Shown one piece after another: positions 37,235-46,602 of a DNA stretch of 64,000 bases. The translations under genes and the position numbers were made by a program. Position 1 is the stretch's first letter. The number at the start of each line of letters is the position of its first letter. Below the pieces are notes generated by a model that was not told where the DNA came from, did not search any database, and was given only the letters and a program-made list of their open reading frames with translations. Where the stretch lies: IMG/VR virus record IMGVR_UViG_3300045974_000102, positions 32,001-96,000 of that record; one strand, written 5' to 3'. Origin of the DNA: a virus.

Positions 37235-39243
37235 AAAGTTGTTCCTATTGGTATCCATGTTCCACTTGTAAATTTCATTAAAGGAAGTCTTGAGAAGATA
37301 CCTGAATGGTAGTCATCTATAAGCGTCTCTTTCCACTGTCCACCACTGTATCTAAAGAGAGTTCCACTTGTCATCGCAGACATAATCAACTCTGGTGTCA
37401 CTATCATTAGCTTCTTAACTAAAGTTCTTGTATCTAATGGATAGAAATTTACATTGCTGTTACTTCCGCCGTTGATGGACTTCTCAGCGTAGAGTGACTG
37501 ACCAGTTACCTTGATATCCTTTATGTAGCATTTACTGGCGGTTAGTGGTCTACCGGTAATATTTTTAATGGTTGCTTTAGTTCCTGCGCTCGTTGAAATG
37601 ATGCTATTAGTTGCTATCGGTTTGGTCGGCACCAAGAATGCTGACGGATTCAAACGTATTTCTGAATTTATAACTTGGTAATTTTGTGGATTGAAGTTGC
37701 CTGCTGCTACTGTCAGTTTATTATTGGTCCCACTGGTAAGAGTGAGGCCATTGGTTAGAGTGTAAGTGCCACCGATAGAGTTGATGGTGATACCGGTGTT
37801 AGACGAAGAACCATAAGGACTTGTAACATTTATAGCGTGAGTAACCGTATTGCCAGCAGCATCTTTATTCCTTCCTGCTAAAACTAGATTACCTCCGCCT
37901 CTAGCATTAAGGACTACTCCGCCTATCAATGTTAAACTTCCATATATGTAGTGCGAACCTCCACCACCATCATACACATAAAAAGCCGTATTTGCATCCT
38001 GACTCATAGCTAAATTAGCACACAAATGGGGACTTGTTGAAGCATTTGTAGAAAGTCTTTTTACATAATCACAACTGATTGTCACATTGTCTTGAGGTAA
38101 GGCAATCCTTGAGGATGTGGTTCCATCAAGTAGAGTCCACGCAACATTTGTCCCATCGTTAACATGCCATAATGCGGCAGTTGTAGCATGTGATTTAACT
38201 AGTAGTTCTAAGTCGGGAGCAAAAGTAATCCCACTATTTCCCAAACAATTCCCTACGGTTTCAGTGGCATCGACACCTGTAGTCAAATCCCACGGAGTAG
38301 CTCCTACGGCGGCGATGTCTTGAAAGTTTGTCCATGAAATATTCTTAGTGCCAGAACAAGAAAGAGTTCTTTGAATGCCTAGACTATCAGAATTTATCAT
38401 GAGCCTATTGGTGACAGAGCCACTAGTTGCTAAACTAATAAAAGTTTGATTTGTAATTAAAGCAAATCGTGCGTTTGGACTAGTTGATGTTATACTGACC
38501 TTTCCACTTATATAACCAGCCCAGCGTCCTTGAATTGATGGGAAATTAATACTTCCTAAAAAGTTTGTAATGTAGATAGGTTGAGCATAACCCAAATCAG
38601 TGGAGCCTAAAGAATTAAGCGTTATGGTACTGTCTGCATCACTTATTAGTGTAGTATATGTTATAGCAAGAATAGAGGCTGTTCCACCTTGACCTAATAT
38701 TATTGTGCTTCCATTTATACTAAGTGTTTTTAAAGAGCCAGAAATAAACTGAAGACAGCCACCGCTAAATGTTATATTATCTAATATAACATAACCAAAA
38801 TTTCCTGTTAAGATTGTACTACTACTTCTACTTATTAGATTATCTTGAAAAACCCATTTTCCAACAGCATTAAAAATAACATTACCAGGTGCTTTTCCGC
38901 CCCATGTAATAGGCCAGCCAGCTCCATTATTAGTCGAAGTAGAATAAAAGACTATAGCAGAACTATCACTAATAGTATTATAAGTCCATGCACCTGAGAA
39001 ATCTAAAGTCCCACCAGAAGCGTCTCCAACAGCTAAAATAAAAGCATTGTGAGTTAAAACATGTCCTGAAGGATATGAGCTCATATTAATAGAGCGACAC
39101 GAGGTAGCAGCGTTAATAGTGCAGTTTGGTGATGTAGCATCAAATACAACATCATCACTGGCTAGTGGAGCTATGCCTCCTGTCCAATTAGTGCCTACTG
39201 ACCAATTAGCATCTGTTGTTCCTCTAAAATAGAGAGTAGCCAT
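37231..39243 (-). CDS. Beta-helix-like fibre/adhesin protein (670 aa)
   Basis: YFRGTTDANWSVGTNW...PLASDDVVFD N-terminus and T/S/G/N-rich beta repeats. Confidence 0.6.
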   Translation of the reverse strand: MATLYFRGTTDANWSVGTNWTGGIAPLASDDVVFDATSPNCTINAATSCRSINMSSYPSGHVLTHNAFILAVGDASGGTLDFSGAWTYNTISDSSAIVFYSTSTNNGAGWPITWGGKAPGNVIFNAVGKWVFQDNLISRSSSTILTGNFGYVILDNITFSGGCLQFISGSLKTLSINGSTIILGQGGTASILAITYTTLISDADSTITLNSLGSTDLGYAQPIYITNFLGSINFPSIQGRWAGYISGKVSITSTSPNARFALITNQTFISLATSGSVTNRLMINSDSLGIQRTLSCSGTKNISWTNFQDIAAVGATPWDLTTGVDATETVGNCLGNSGITFAPDLELLVKSHATTAALWHVNDGTNVAWTLLDGTTSSRIALPQDNVTISCDYVKRLSTNASTSPHLCANLAMSQDANTAFYVYDGGGGSHYIYGSLTLIGGVVLNARGGGNLVLAGRNKDAAGNTVTHAINVTSPYGSSSNTGITINSIGGTYTLTNGLTLTSGTNNKLTVAAGNFNPQNYQVINSEIRLNPSAFLVPTKPIATNSIISTSAGTKATIKNITGRPLTASKCYIKDIKVTGQSLYAEKSINGGSNSNVNFYPLDTRTLVKKLMIVTPELIMSAMTSGTLFRYSGGQWKETLIDDYHSGIFSRLPLMKFTSGTWIPIGTTL

Positions 39244-39252
39244 TTAAGCTTC

Positions 39253-39684
39253 CTAAGCCGTTGTCTTTAGTAAAGCTGCAGCATAAGTATGAGAGCTAGA
39301 TGCACCAGCACCACAGCTAATTCTTACTTTAAGATAATGAATACCTTCAGGATATGCTATTGGAATAGTAACAGCCTCTTGGTTTGTCACGCTTGCTGTG
39401 AATGTTAGAGTATATGAAGCATAAGGATTCGCAACATAACCTGTCTGTGTTGGTGTATCATAAGTGGTGCCATCTTGACTTGTGAGGACTTCTATAAGAT
39501 CTGTTGTATTGGTAGCTGTATTTGCTACTGCAGTTGTATATACTTGCAGATTAAGCCCTATGGCTACACCTGCTGTGGATAATGTAGTTACGTCTACAGG
39601 TGTAGTTTCTATATAAATCTGAGCTGGCGTTAGGATGCCACTAGCATTGAAAGCTAGAGCTGTTCTTACTTGAGTTAATGCCAT
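39253..39684 (-). CDS. Hypothetical structural protein (143 aa)
   Basis: Thr/Ala-rich beta protein with SQDGTTYD and YLKVR; AGGAG RBS. Confidence 0.55.
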   Translation of the reverse strand: MALTQVRTALAFNASGILTPAQIYIETTPVDVTTLSTAGVAIGLNLQVYTTAVANTATNTTDLIEVLTSQDGTTYDTPTQTGYVANPYASYTLTFTASVTNQEAVTIPIAYPEGIHYLKVRISCGAGASSSHTYAAALLKTTA

Positions 39685-39686
39685 AA

Positions 39687-39986
39687 CTATATCTCCTGAT
39701 TAGCTACGTCTCTCATATATAGTGAATATATGACAGCCTGCACAAAGCCATCATTAGCAGGCATAATAACAGAGTCATCAACTGGGTTTATAATAGTAAG
39801 TGAGTTTGATATATCACTCATTGCAACAGTCTTGCTGCCGCCTGGTAGAGAAGACTGCACTCCATCCTTATCTATTATCCATTCAAGTTCAAAAGTAACA
39901 GATGGAATTCCGTCTTTAGGGTTGTTAATAATTACTTGATGCGCCCTTCTATAGCCGCTTACTTTGTCTAGTTTATCTAAAACCAT
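39687..39986 (-). CDS. Fibre-associated small protein (99 aa)
   Basis: YRRAHQVIINNP...VIYSLYM pattern resembling fibre-associated phage proteins; AAGGAG RBS. Confidence 0.5.
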   Translation of the reverse strand: MVLDKLDKVSGYRRAHQVIINNPKDGIPSVTFELEWIIDKDGVQSSLPGGSKTVAMSDISNSLTIINPVDDSVIMPANDGFVQAVIYSLYMRDVANQEI

Positions 39987-40018
39987 TTGAAGCTCCTTAT
40001 TAATCTTACTATTGATAA

Positions 40019-40462
40019 CTATGGCCTCTCTACTGGTGATATTGTAGCGTTTATAATAATGTCCGCCCTTCCTGCAGCTAAAATTCCATATTGCTCTAGT
40101 GTCTGTAGTCCAGTTAATAGTTCAGGCAAATCTAAATCAACATAATTTGCCATTGTTATTTTATTGAAAAAATATCTTAATGTAGCTGCCGGAACTGTTG
40201 CTCCAATGCTTCCTAAGTCTATAGCAATCGCCTCTTCAGGCAACAGTCTATTATAGAATGCAAGCTTAGTTATATACCGTGTATTACTAACATCTGCCAA
40301 AGCAATAACTGCCTCTCCTGAACTTTCAAACCAATACCACCCATCTTGGGGATAAGTATAAGTGTCTTTATCTTCTCGATTAAGGGATACTGTAGGTGTG
40401 TCTACAAAATTTGGTGCGTATTCTAACTGATCTACTACTTTATAAAACCCTGATGTATCCAT
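40019..40462 (-). CDS. Putative fibre assembly/chaperone protein
   Basis: Likely start MDTSGFYK at 40462 (AAGGGAG RBS); YTYPQDGWYWF and ITKLAFYNRL...YVDLD segments; follows the LRR gene. Confidence 0.5.
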   Translation of the reverse strand: MDTSGFYKVVDQLEYAPNFVDTPTVSLNREDKDTYTYPQDGWYWFESSGEAVIALADVSNTRYITKLAFYNRLLPEEAIAIDLGSIGATVPAATLRYFFNKITMANYVDLDLPELLTGLQTLEQYGILAAGRADIIINATISPVERP

Positions 40463-40473
40463 TTTATTCTCCC

Positions 40474-42006
40474 TTATCCACTTACTGTCCAACCCTTGGC
40501 TGTTGCTATGGTTCTAGTGCAACCAGCTGACCCAGGATTATTTGTTATTGTTACTATCTGACCTGTTGTGTTACCAAGCGCAGTAAATAAATTATTTAAT
40601 GCTGCTGCTCCGAGAATAGAATTTGAAATGGAAATATTTCTAGTAACTTGTATAGGAGCACTTGTTAAAGACCAGCAGCTGGAGAACATGCTAGTAAAGG
40701 CAGTTCCTGTTGCTGATAACATATTAAAAGATGGTATTGCATACAAAGAATAACAGCTGGTGAACATACTGGTAAATAGTGTTCCTGAAGATAGATTAAA
40801 TAATGGAACTGTTTGTAAGGTATAGCAACTATTAAACATATTACTGAAATTTGTTCCTTTACTAGTATTGAACAATGGAACTCTTTTTAAAGAATAACAT
40901 TGCTGGAACATAGCTGCGAAGTTTGTAGAATTTCCTGTATCATAGAGCGGAACAGTTTCCAAAGAAAAACAACTCGTTAGAAAATTTTGAAAGGTATTTC
41001 CTAAGGATGTATTTAGTAATGGAGCTTTTTGTAAACTATAACAGTTGGTGAACATACTGGTAAAGATTACACCGTGCGATGTATCGAATGACGGGACTGT
41101 TTGTAAACTATAACAGTTGTTGAACATACTACCGAAAGCTGAGACGTTAGCTGTATTAAGTAGCGGAACTATTATCAAATTCCAGCAGCCCTGGAACATA
41201 GTAGTAAAGATTTGTGCTGCTGATGTATTGTATAATGGAACTGTTTGCAAGCAATAGCAGGTAGCGAACATGGATGTAAAATTTATACCTGAAGATGTAT
41301 CCAAAAATGGAGCTACTACTAAAGAATAACAGTACCAGAACATCTGGGTAAAGTTTATTCCATGTTCCGTATTAATTGAAACTGACTGCAAAGAATAAAA
41401 GTTGGCAAACAGATTAGTGAAGTCTGTCTGAGCATTTGTGCCAATCCATATAAATTCTTCTAGGATACTGTGGCTCCATACAGCGGAGAACGTTGCTAAG
41501 GTACCAGCATTATTCAAAGCCATCTTGCATGATAACCATTTACTGAATCTGGTATTAGTTAGAGAGGTAGGTGTGCCAAGATTAATGCTAGATAATGTTT
41601 GTCCTGCTTGCGGAGTAACGACTATTAGAGCCTGTCGATATCCACGACTGCACCACGAGCCAGAAGGAACTCCAGCATAGACAAGGTTATGTTGAACTGT
41701 AATGCCAGACGCTACATTTTCTGAAGTTCCATCCCCCCAGTCTACATGATAAGCCCCAGCTGCAGCTAAAGTCACATAGTTGGTATCATAACTGAATACT
41801 GCATAAGAGCCAGCGAATATTTGGTCAGTATCAACAATCGTAGGAAAAGTAATCCAATCATCTGGACGAGCCCAGGACTCTTTAGTTCCAGTAATAATAT
41901 TGCCCCATATGCCTTGTGCCTGTAATTCTTGCTGATTCTCTATAGGGAAAATTCCACCTAAGCCTGGTCTGCGATAACCAATGCTACTAGAATCTGTTCG
42001 TCTCAT
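40474..42006 (-). CDS. BspA/DUF285-type leucine-rich-repeat surface protein with a PKD-like N-terminal domain (510 aa)
   Basis: VDWGDG; about 11 repeats of roughly 24 aa FxxMFxxCYSLxxVPxxNTS; C-terminal IATAKGWTV cap. Confidence 0.85.
   Translation of the reverse strand: MRRTDSSSIGYRRPGLGGIFPIENQQELQAQGIWGNIITGTKESWARPDDWITFPTIVDTDQIFAGSYAVFSYDTNYVTLAAAGAYHVDWGDGTSENVASGITVQHNLVYAGVPSGSWCSRGYRQALIVVTPQAGQTLSSINLGTPTSLTNTRFSKWLSCKMALNNAGTLATFSAVWSHSILEEFIWIGTNAQTDFTNLFANFYSLQSVSINTEHGINFTQMFWYCYSLVVAPFLDTSSGINFTSMFATCYCLQTVPLYNTSAAQIFTTMFQGCWNLIIVPLLNTANVSAFGSMFNNCYSLQTVPSFDTSHGVIFTSMFTNCYSLQKAPLLNTSLGNTFQNFLTSCFSLETVPLYDTGNSTNFAAMFQQCYSLKRVPLFNTSKGTNFSNMFNSCYTLQTVPLFNLSSGTLFTSMFTSCYSLYAIPSFNMLSATGTAFTSMFSSCWSLTSAPIQVTRNISISNSILGAAALNNLFTALGNTTGQIVTITNNPGSAGCTRTIATAKGWTVSG
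40660..41430 (-). repeat. Degenerate 72-bp coding tandem repeats (LRR)
   Basis: For example near-identical tttgtaaactataacagttg(g/t)tgaacatact at 41028 and 41100, 72 bp apart. Confidence 0.8.
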
Positions 42007-42365
42007 TAAGAAATCTCCTCATATGAAGCAATTGCCTCAAGATAAGAGTTTAGGTCCGCTGTAACACGGAGATCATCACCTTCTTCAAGATAAATAGGTA
42101 TATCCTTACCTATTACAATAAGTGTTGATTTAGGAGGAACAGATATCATATATGCTAATCTATAAGCAACTGATGAGCGATATATGTCAACTGTTATATT
42201 ACCATTCAGAGTTCCATTCACATTAGCTATAGAAAGTCCATTTATCTTTAATACTTTACCACTAGCTTCTGGATTAGTAATTATTGTCTGTGCTGAATTA
42301 GTGACAGCTAGAACTGCTGTTTTGCCAATAATTGTAGTGACATTTACTATATTAGGTGCTGCCAT
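42006..42365 (-). CDS. Conserved phage fibre-associated protein (119 aa)
   Basis: MAAPNIVNVTTI...IYLEEGD...SYEEIS; from recollection this family follows genes ending in TGKAIAMxIVFG, as here. Confidence 0.65.
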   Translation of the reverse strand: MAAPNIVNVTTIIGKTAVLAVTNSAQTIITNPEASGKVLKINGLSIANVNGTLNGNITVDIYRSSVAYRLAYMISVPPKSTLIVIGKDIPIYLEEGDDLRVTADLNSYLEAIASYEEIS

Positions 42366-42366
42366 T

Positions 42367-44145
42367 TTAGCCTCCGAAGACTATGGACATTGCTATTGCT
42401 TTTCCTGTAGATAAGCCACCACTAAATGAGCCACCACTAGATGGCTGCGCTAAAGTATTTATCCATAGCATACCTTCTATTGGCGATGGTGGTGCTGATG
42501 CTGAGATGATTATTTGATTGCCTTGAGGACCAGCACTTCCTGATGCGCCCTGCGGACCGATAGCTCCTGAGGCACCCTGAAAGCCCTGTGCGCCAGTTCC
42601 AGCAGGCCCTTGAAAACCTTGTGGTCCAATAGTGCCAGACGCTCCTTGTGCACCAGCAATAGACAATCCTGAGGCACCTTGAGTGCCCTGAAAGCCCTGC
42701 GTACCTTGGTTACCGCTGGCACCTTGCGTTCCAGTTCCTGTAAGTCCTTGGAAGCCTTGTGGTCCAATAATTCCAGATGCACCCTGATTGCCCTGAAATC
42801 CCTGAGGGCCCGCTGCTCCGCTAGCTCCTTGTGTGCCAGTTCCGGCAAGTCCCTGAAAGCCTTGAGGCCCCATTGCTCCTGATGCGCCTTGTGTGCCAGG
42901 TCCTCCAGAGGCACCCTGTGGCCCGGTAATAGAGAGACCAGAAGCACCCTGTGTGCCTACCCCAGTAAGTCCTTGGTATCCTTGTGGACCAATAGCTCCG
43001 CTTGCTCCCTGAAATCCCTGTGGACCAGTGGAACCAGAAGCGCCTTGGTTGCCAGTAAGACCAGTTAGTCCCTGTAAACCTTGAGTGCCCTGATTTCCAC
43101 TAGCCCCTTGAGGACCAACTACGGTAATGCCTGATGCACCCTGAACGCCTATACCACTTGCACCTTGAAAACCTTGAAAGCCCTGAGGTCCTGGTCCTCC
43201 CGATGCACCTTGTGTCCCATTATTGCCATTAGCACCTTGGGCTCCTTGAGAGCCAGAGGCACCAGTCAGGCCTGTTAAGCCTTGAAAACCTTGATATCCT
43301 TGAGGGCCCTGTATAGTCCCAACATTATTCCAATAAGTGCCTGTCCATACATATAAATTACCAACTACTAGATAGCTATCTCCTGGAGCACCAGATGGGT
43401 GTGCTGCAACAAGAGCACCAGATGTAGCATAAGAGCCAAGTATAGATACACCTGTGCCAGCTGAACCTTGATTACCTTGTGTTCCTGTGCCACCTGAGGC
43501 ACCCTGGTATCCTTGAAAGCCTTGATATCCCTGGCTTCCTTGGTTGCCTGATGCTCCTTGATATCCCTGGAAGCCACGTAAACCAGAAGCTCCTTGTGTG
43601 CCATCAATACCAGAAGCGCCTTGGAAACCTTGAAATCCTCTTAATCCAGATGCGCCTTGAGTTCCTACTAGGCCACTTGCTCCCTGAAAACCTTGAGGAC
43701 CTGTAATAGATAGACCAGATGCACCTTGAGTTCCTGCAAGGCCTTGTAATCCACTTGCGCCCTGAAACCCTTGGTAACCCATAGCACCAGATGCTCCCTG
43801 AGCTCCTGGGGCACCTTGTGGGCCTGTAATGGTTAATCCTGAAGCTCCCTGAGTGCCCTGGAAACCTTGTGGGCCTGTAGCGCCTGAAGCGCCTGATGTA
43901 GATAGTATTTTCCAGTTAGCATTTGCGATACCACCAACTAGTTGATAATTCCCACTTGCAGATACTACATATACAAGCATACCTTCACGGCGTCTTTCAG
44001 TGGTTATATTGTCACGCTCAGTTAGATCTGCGACTTCTCTATGTCCACCTTTACCATATAAAGAGTCGTGAACAGGATAGACGTCTGTCGTATCTGATGG
44101 TGCTATAAATCCGCCTACACGGACTGATCCTGGTATAGTAGCCAT
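42367..44145 (-). CDS. Collagen-like fibre protein (592 aa)
   Basis: Two long Gly-X-Y tracts (GAS, GFQ, GPQ, GTQ) separated by a small GDSYLV..LYVW domain; N-terminal ERRREGMLVYV domain. Confidence 0.9.
   Translation of the reverse strand: MATIPGSVRVGGFIAPSDTTDVYPVHDSLYGKGGHREVADLTERDNITTERRREGMLVYVVSASGNYQLVGGIANANWKILSTSGASGATGPQGFQGTQGASGLTITGPQGAPGAQGASGAMGYQGFQGASGLQGLAGTQGASGLSITGPQGFQGASGLVGTQGASGLRGFQGFQGASGIDGTQGASGLRGFQGYQGASGNQGSQGYQGFQGYQGASGGTGTQGNQGSAGTGVSILGSYATSGALVAAHPSGAPGDSYLVVGNLYVWTGTYWNNVGTIQGPQGYQGFQGLTGLTGASGSQGAQGANGNNGTQGASGGPGPQGFQGFQGASGIGVQGASGITVVGPQGASGNQGTQGLQGLTGLTGNQGASGSTGPQGFQGASGAIGPQGYQGLTGVGTQGASGLSITGPQGASGGPGTQGASGAMGPQGFQGLAGTGTQGASGAAGPQGFQGNQGASGIIGPQGFQGLTGTGTQGASGNQGTQGFQGTQGASGLSIAGAQGASGTIGPQGFQGPAGTGAQGFQGASGAIGPQGASGSAGPQGNQIIISASAPPSPIEGMLWINTLAQPSSGGSFSGGLSTGKAIAMSIVFGG
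42515..43895 (-). repeat. Collagen triplet-encoding low-complexity repeats
   Basis: 9-bp periodic, GC-richer sequence (e.g. ccttg/ccctg units on the plus strand). Confidence 0.85.
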
Positions 44146-44154
44146 GTAGTCCTC

Positions 44155-45228
44155 TTAGCTTATAATAATGCCTACAGCTCCGCCCATTACATTGGTTGAC
44201 CTGTGAACATTATAGTTAGTTACAATTCCATTTGCATTAGTTACAGAGACTGTATAGACTGCTTCAAATGGTATGTCTAGATTTGTGCCAGAGTCCTTGA
44301 AGGAAGTAGCTGTGCCTAATACAGATGGGTAGCTTAAATACTTATAACCGCCTGCAGCAAATGAATATGTTGCTGCAAGGCCTGCCGACAAGCCTGGTAT
44401 TCTTAATGCTTTAATATTTGCTTCAGCAAGAGACGTAAGTGCGCTTTCACCATAATACCTCATCCATTGCCAAGAAACTGCATAATCTCTTATGAAATTA
44501 GCTGACTGAGTATTAGTTCCTGTTATTCTCCAAGTATTAGAGGTAGCAGTTACTTTCTGCACTGAACCCATCGCCAACACTTCAGTTCCGTCATTTAGCA
44601 GACTGGAACCCAGTGTGGAGCTTCCAGTAATGTCTTGTATCATTATGCTATTAGTATTTATATTGCCTGGATTTGTAGTGCCCCAAGTGAATGTTTTGGA
44701 GCCTGAAATAGTCGTGCCTACTTCAACTGGTGTAGATACGCCTGTAATGCCGAATGAGTTGAAGGCTGGGACTTGATATGGGTAGAGTAGTGAGTCCCAC
44801 ATTTGTGTCATTGTCTTATTAGAAAAAGTTGTATTTTGTGCTATACCGCCTATAGCTGTTGGAACTAATGTGGCATTAGTATATGTTGGTGCCGATACTA
44901 CTGTTTTATAAGTTCCATCGTCAGATAAAAATGTAGAGCCACTACCTGCTGCTGTAATGACATCTAAGGTTGTTTTATTTAAGTGTGAATGTCTTGCTGA
45001 GGTATTTAGAGCTATATCTGAGTGAACAAAGGCTCCTAAGTGTGTTGCTACAGCACCACTAGCGGCACCTGATGCATCTGCACCTATAGTAGCCGCTGTT
45101 ATTGTTATAGCCTCTATGCCTGTTTCATCTGTCTTAACTCTAAGCCACTTACCACCTGAGCCAGTATAAGTTGTCAAAGTATCAAGTAGGTCAGTAAACT
45201 TTCTATACGCTCTGTTGATAATACTCAT
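44155..45228 (-). CDS. Putative fibre base / structural protein (357 aa)
   Basis: KWLRVKTDETGIE and FLSDDGTYK fibre-shaft-like motifs; LLYPY...VEVGT...YKYLSYP beta domain; adjacent to the collagen gene. Confidence 0.55.
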   Translation of the reverse strand: MSIINRAYRKFTDLLDTLTTYTGSGGKWLRVKTDETGIEAITITAATIGADASGAASGAVATHLGAFVHSDIALNTSARHSHLNKTTLDVITAAGSGSTFLSDDGTYKTVVSAPTYTNATLVPTAIGGIAQNTTFSNKTMTQMWDSLLYPYQVPAFNSFGITGVSTPVEVGTTISGSKTFTWGTTNPGNINTNSIMIQDITGSSTLGSSLLNDGTEVLAMGSVQKVTATSNTWRITGTNTQSANFIRDYAVSWQWMRYYGESALTSLAEANIKALRIPGLSAGLAATYSFAAGGYKYLSYPSVLGTATSFKDSGTNLDIPFEAVYTVSVTNANGIVTNYNVHRSTNVMGGAVGIIIS

Positions 45229-45242
45229 TACCTAACCCTAGC

Positions 45243-45269
45243 GTGCCGCTACTTATTTGGTAGCGGCAC
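45243..45269. other. 10-bp perfect hairpin in an intergenic gap
   Basis: GTGCCGCTAC-N7-GTAGCGGCAC; no U tract on the coding strand. Confidence 0.65.
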
Positions 45270-45282
45270 TTGTTGTGGGATA

Positions 45283-45465
45283 TTACTTCTTGTCACCTTT
45301 GCCAGAAATGCCAACTACCATAGTATTCTGCATGCCGCTTTTCTTTCCGCCAGTAGTCTTAGCTCCAGCCATTGCGTGCTGTGAACCGGAAGTCTTCATT
45401 TTGCCACCAGTAACTAGTGGTTTGTTTCCGCCTGATGCTGTAGTTTTCTTACCCATTTTTGCCAT
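45283..45465 (-). CDS. Small Lys/Gly-rich basic protein (60 aa)
   Basis: AAGGAGG RBS; K/G/T/M-rich and nearly free of acidic residues. Confidence 0.7.
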   Translation of the reverse strand: MAKMGKKTTASGGNKPLVTGGKMKTSGSQHAMAGAKTTGGKKSGMQNTMVVGISGKGDKK

Positions 45466-45480
45466 GTTATTTATGCCTCC

Positions 45481-45597
45481 TTAGCACTTTTTCTTGTCTT
45501 TCATTGGCTTGCTGCTTTTGCAAGCGTCTGTTGTCTTCTCTTTACTGCCACTTGTCTTCTCTTTCTTTGCGAAAGGATTTGGTTTCTTAGTTGCCAT
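45481..45597 (-). CDS. Small Lys-rich protein (38 aa, MATKKPNPFAKKEK...KDKKKC)
   Basis: Not in the ORF track; AAAGGAG RBS, fills the gap between neighbours. Confidence 0.7.
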   Translation of the reverse strand: MATKKPNPFAKKEKTSGSKEKTTDACKSSKPMKDKKKC

Positions 45598-45608
45598 GTG
45601 TTTCTCCT

Positions 45609-46148
45609 TTATTCAGGTAGTTGGAAGTTAACAATGTCTACGCTAGTGCCTTGGCGGTTAGCGTCGGAGTTAAGATAAATAGTAATAGTGCAGTCACCTG
45701 CTGGGACAACAAATGAGATATCACTCCAGTTAGTAAAAGGCTGTGCCTTAGTGCCTGGGAATGGTGCATTCCAAGCCTTGCCAGCTACACTACATTCATC
45801 AACCCCATTAACTTTCTTTGTAATATAAATGCTAATAAACTGATAGCTAAGTGCAGCACATCTAGCTTTCAGTGTAGCAGTTCCACCTTTACTGCCGACA
45901 ATAGACTTTTCAAGTTGGTATTGATTGCCTGTAGTCTGTCCGACTGGCATATAAGGTAGCTGAGGCGGATTCCAATACTTGCCTGGATGCGCACTTAGGC
46001 CTACTTCGCCAGAAGGGCCGATATTGGGGAAGCTGAATGTTGGTGGATCAGCTTTTGGTCTTGCTGGCCCAGTTGACTGGTCCCATGTTCCATTATTAAG
46101 TGTTAGTTTCCATCCACTTAGATCGCCTTGATTAAATTGTGCTTTCAT
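45609..46148 (-). CDS. Hypothetical beta-rich protein (179 aa)
   Basis: AAGGAG RBS; Trp/Pro/Gly-rich, possibly a carbohydrate-binding-like fold. Confidence 0.55.
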   Translation of the reverse strand: MKAQFNQGDLSGWKLTLNNGTWDQSTGPARPKADPPTFSFPNIGPSGEVGLSAHPGKYWNPPQLPYMPVGQTTGNQYQLEKSIVGSKGGTATLKARCAALSYQFISIYITKKVNGVDECSVAGKAWNAPFPGTKAQPFTNWSDISFVVPAGDCTITIYLNSDANRQGTSVDIVNFQLPE

Positions 46149-46163
46149 AAACTCTCCTTAGTT

Positions 46164-46406
46164 TTACTTCCCCATTTTTACACGGAAAAGTGCGTGACAT
46201 CCACTCATTAGTTGCTGTGAGCCTCTTTTAAGTTCACCTGCTGGAGCAAATGGTATGTGTAAATCTTTTTCTTCTATGGCATTAGCTTCAGACGTTGCAA
46301 AGCATCTTGGGACGTTATCATGTATATTATCATGATGCTCTTGCCAAGCTAACATTGATGTTACGAAGACTAATAATAATAGTGTTACAATGAGCATTTT
46401 ATTCAT
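46164..46406 (-). CDS. Small protein with an N-terminal signal/TM segment
   Basis: Likely start MNKMLIVTLLLLVFVTSMLAW at 46406. Confidence 0.5.
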   Translation of the reverse strand: MNKMLIVTLLLLVFVTSMLAWQEHHDNIHDNVPRCFATSEANAIEEKDLHIPFAPAGELKRGSQQLMSGCHALFRVKMGK

Positions 46407-46413
46407 ATTAGTC

Positions 46414-46602
46414 CTAGTGCTTCCAGCGCTTTGCATTTAAAGCGAATGTAGCACGCTTGCGCTGTAGTGTAGTAGACTTTGGATTAGCCATTACAGATTT
46501 AGCATGTTGCTGCACTGTCTGCCCTGCGCGTTTAGCTGATGCTGTAAATTTACCTTTGTTCTCAGGCTTTATGCTGATTTTGTCTTCGATCTTCTCTGCC
46601 AT
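46414..46602 (-). CDS. Small basic protein (62 aa)
   Basis: IKPENKGKFT...RKRATFALNAKRWKH; GGGAGG RBS. Confidence 0.7.
   Translation of the reverse strand: MAEKIEDKISIKPENKGKFTASAKRAGQTVQQHAKSVMANPKSTTLQRKRATFALNAKRWKH

Noticed and set aside
40660-41430. DGR template/variable repeat or CRISPR array in the repeated DNA
   Set aside because: Repeats are in-frame 72-bp LRR coding units; no reverse transcriptase, no non-coding adenine-variant copy and no repeat-spacer structure in the window
42510-44108. Alternative-frame ORFs within the collagen gene
   Set aside because: By-products of the 9-bp periodic, stop-poor repeat
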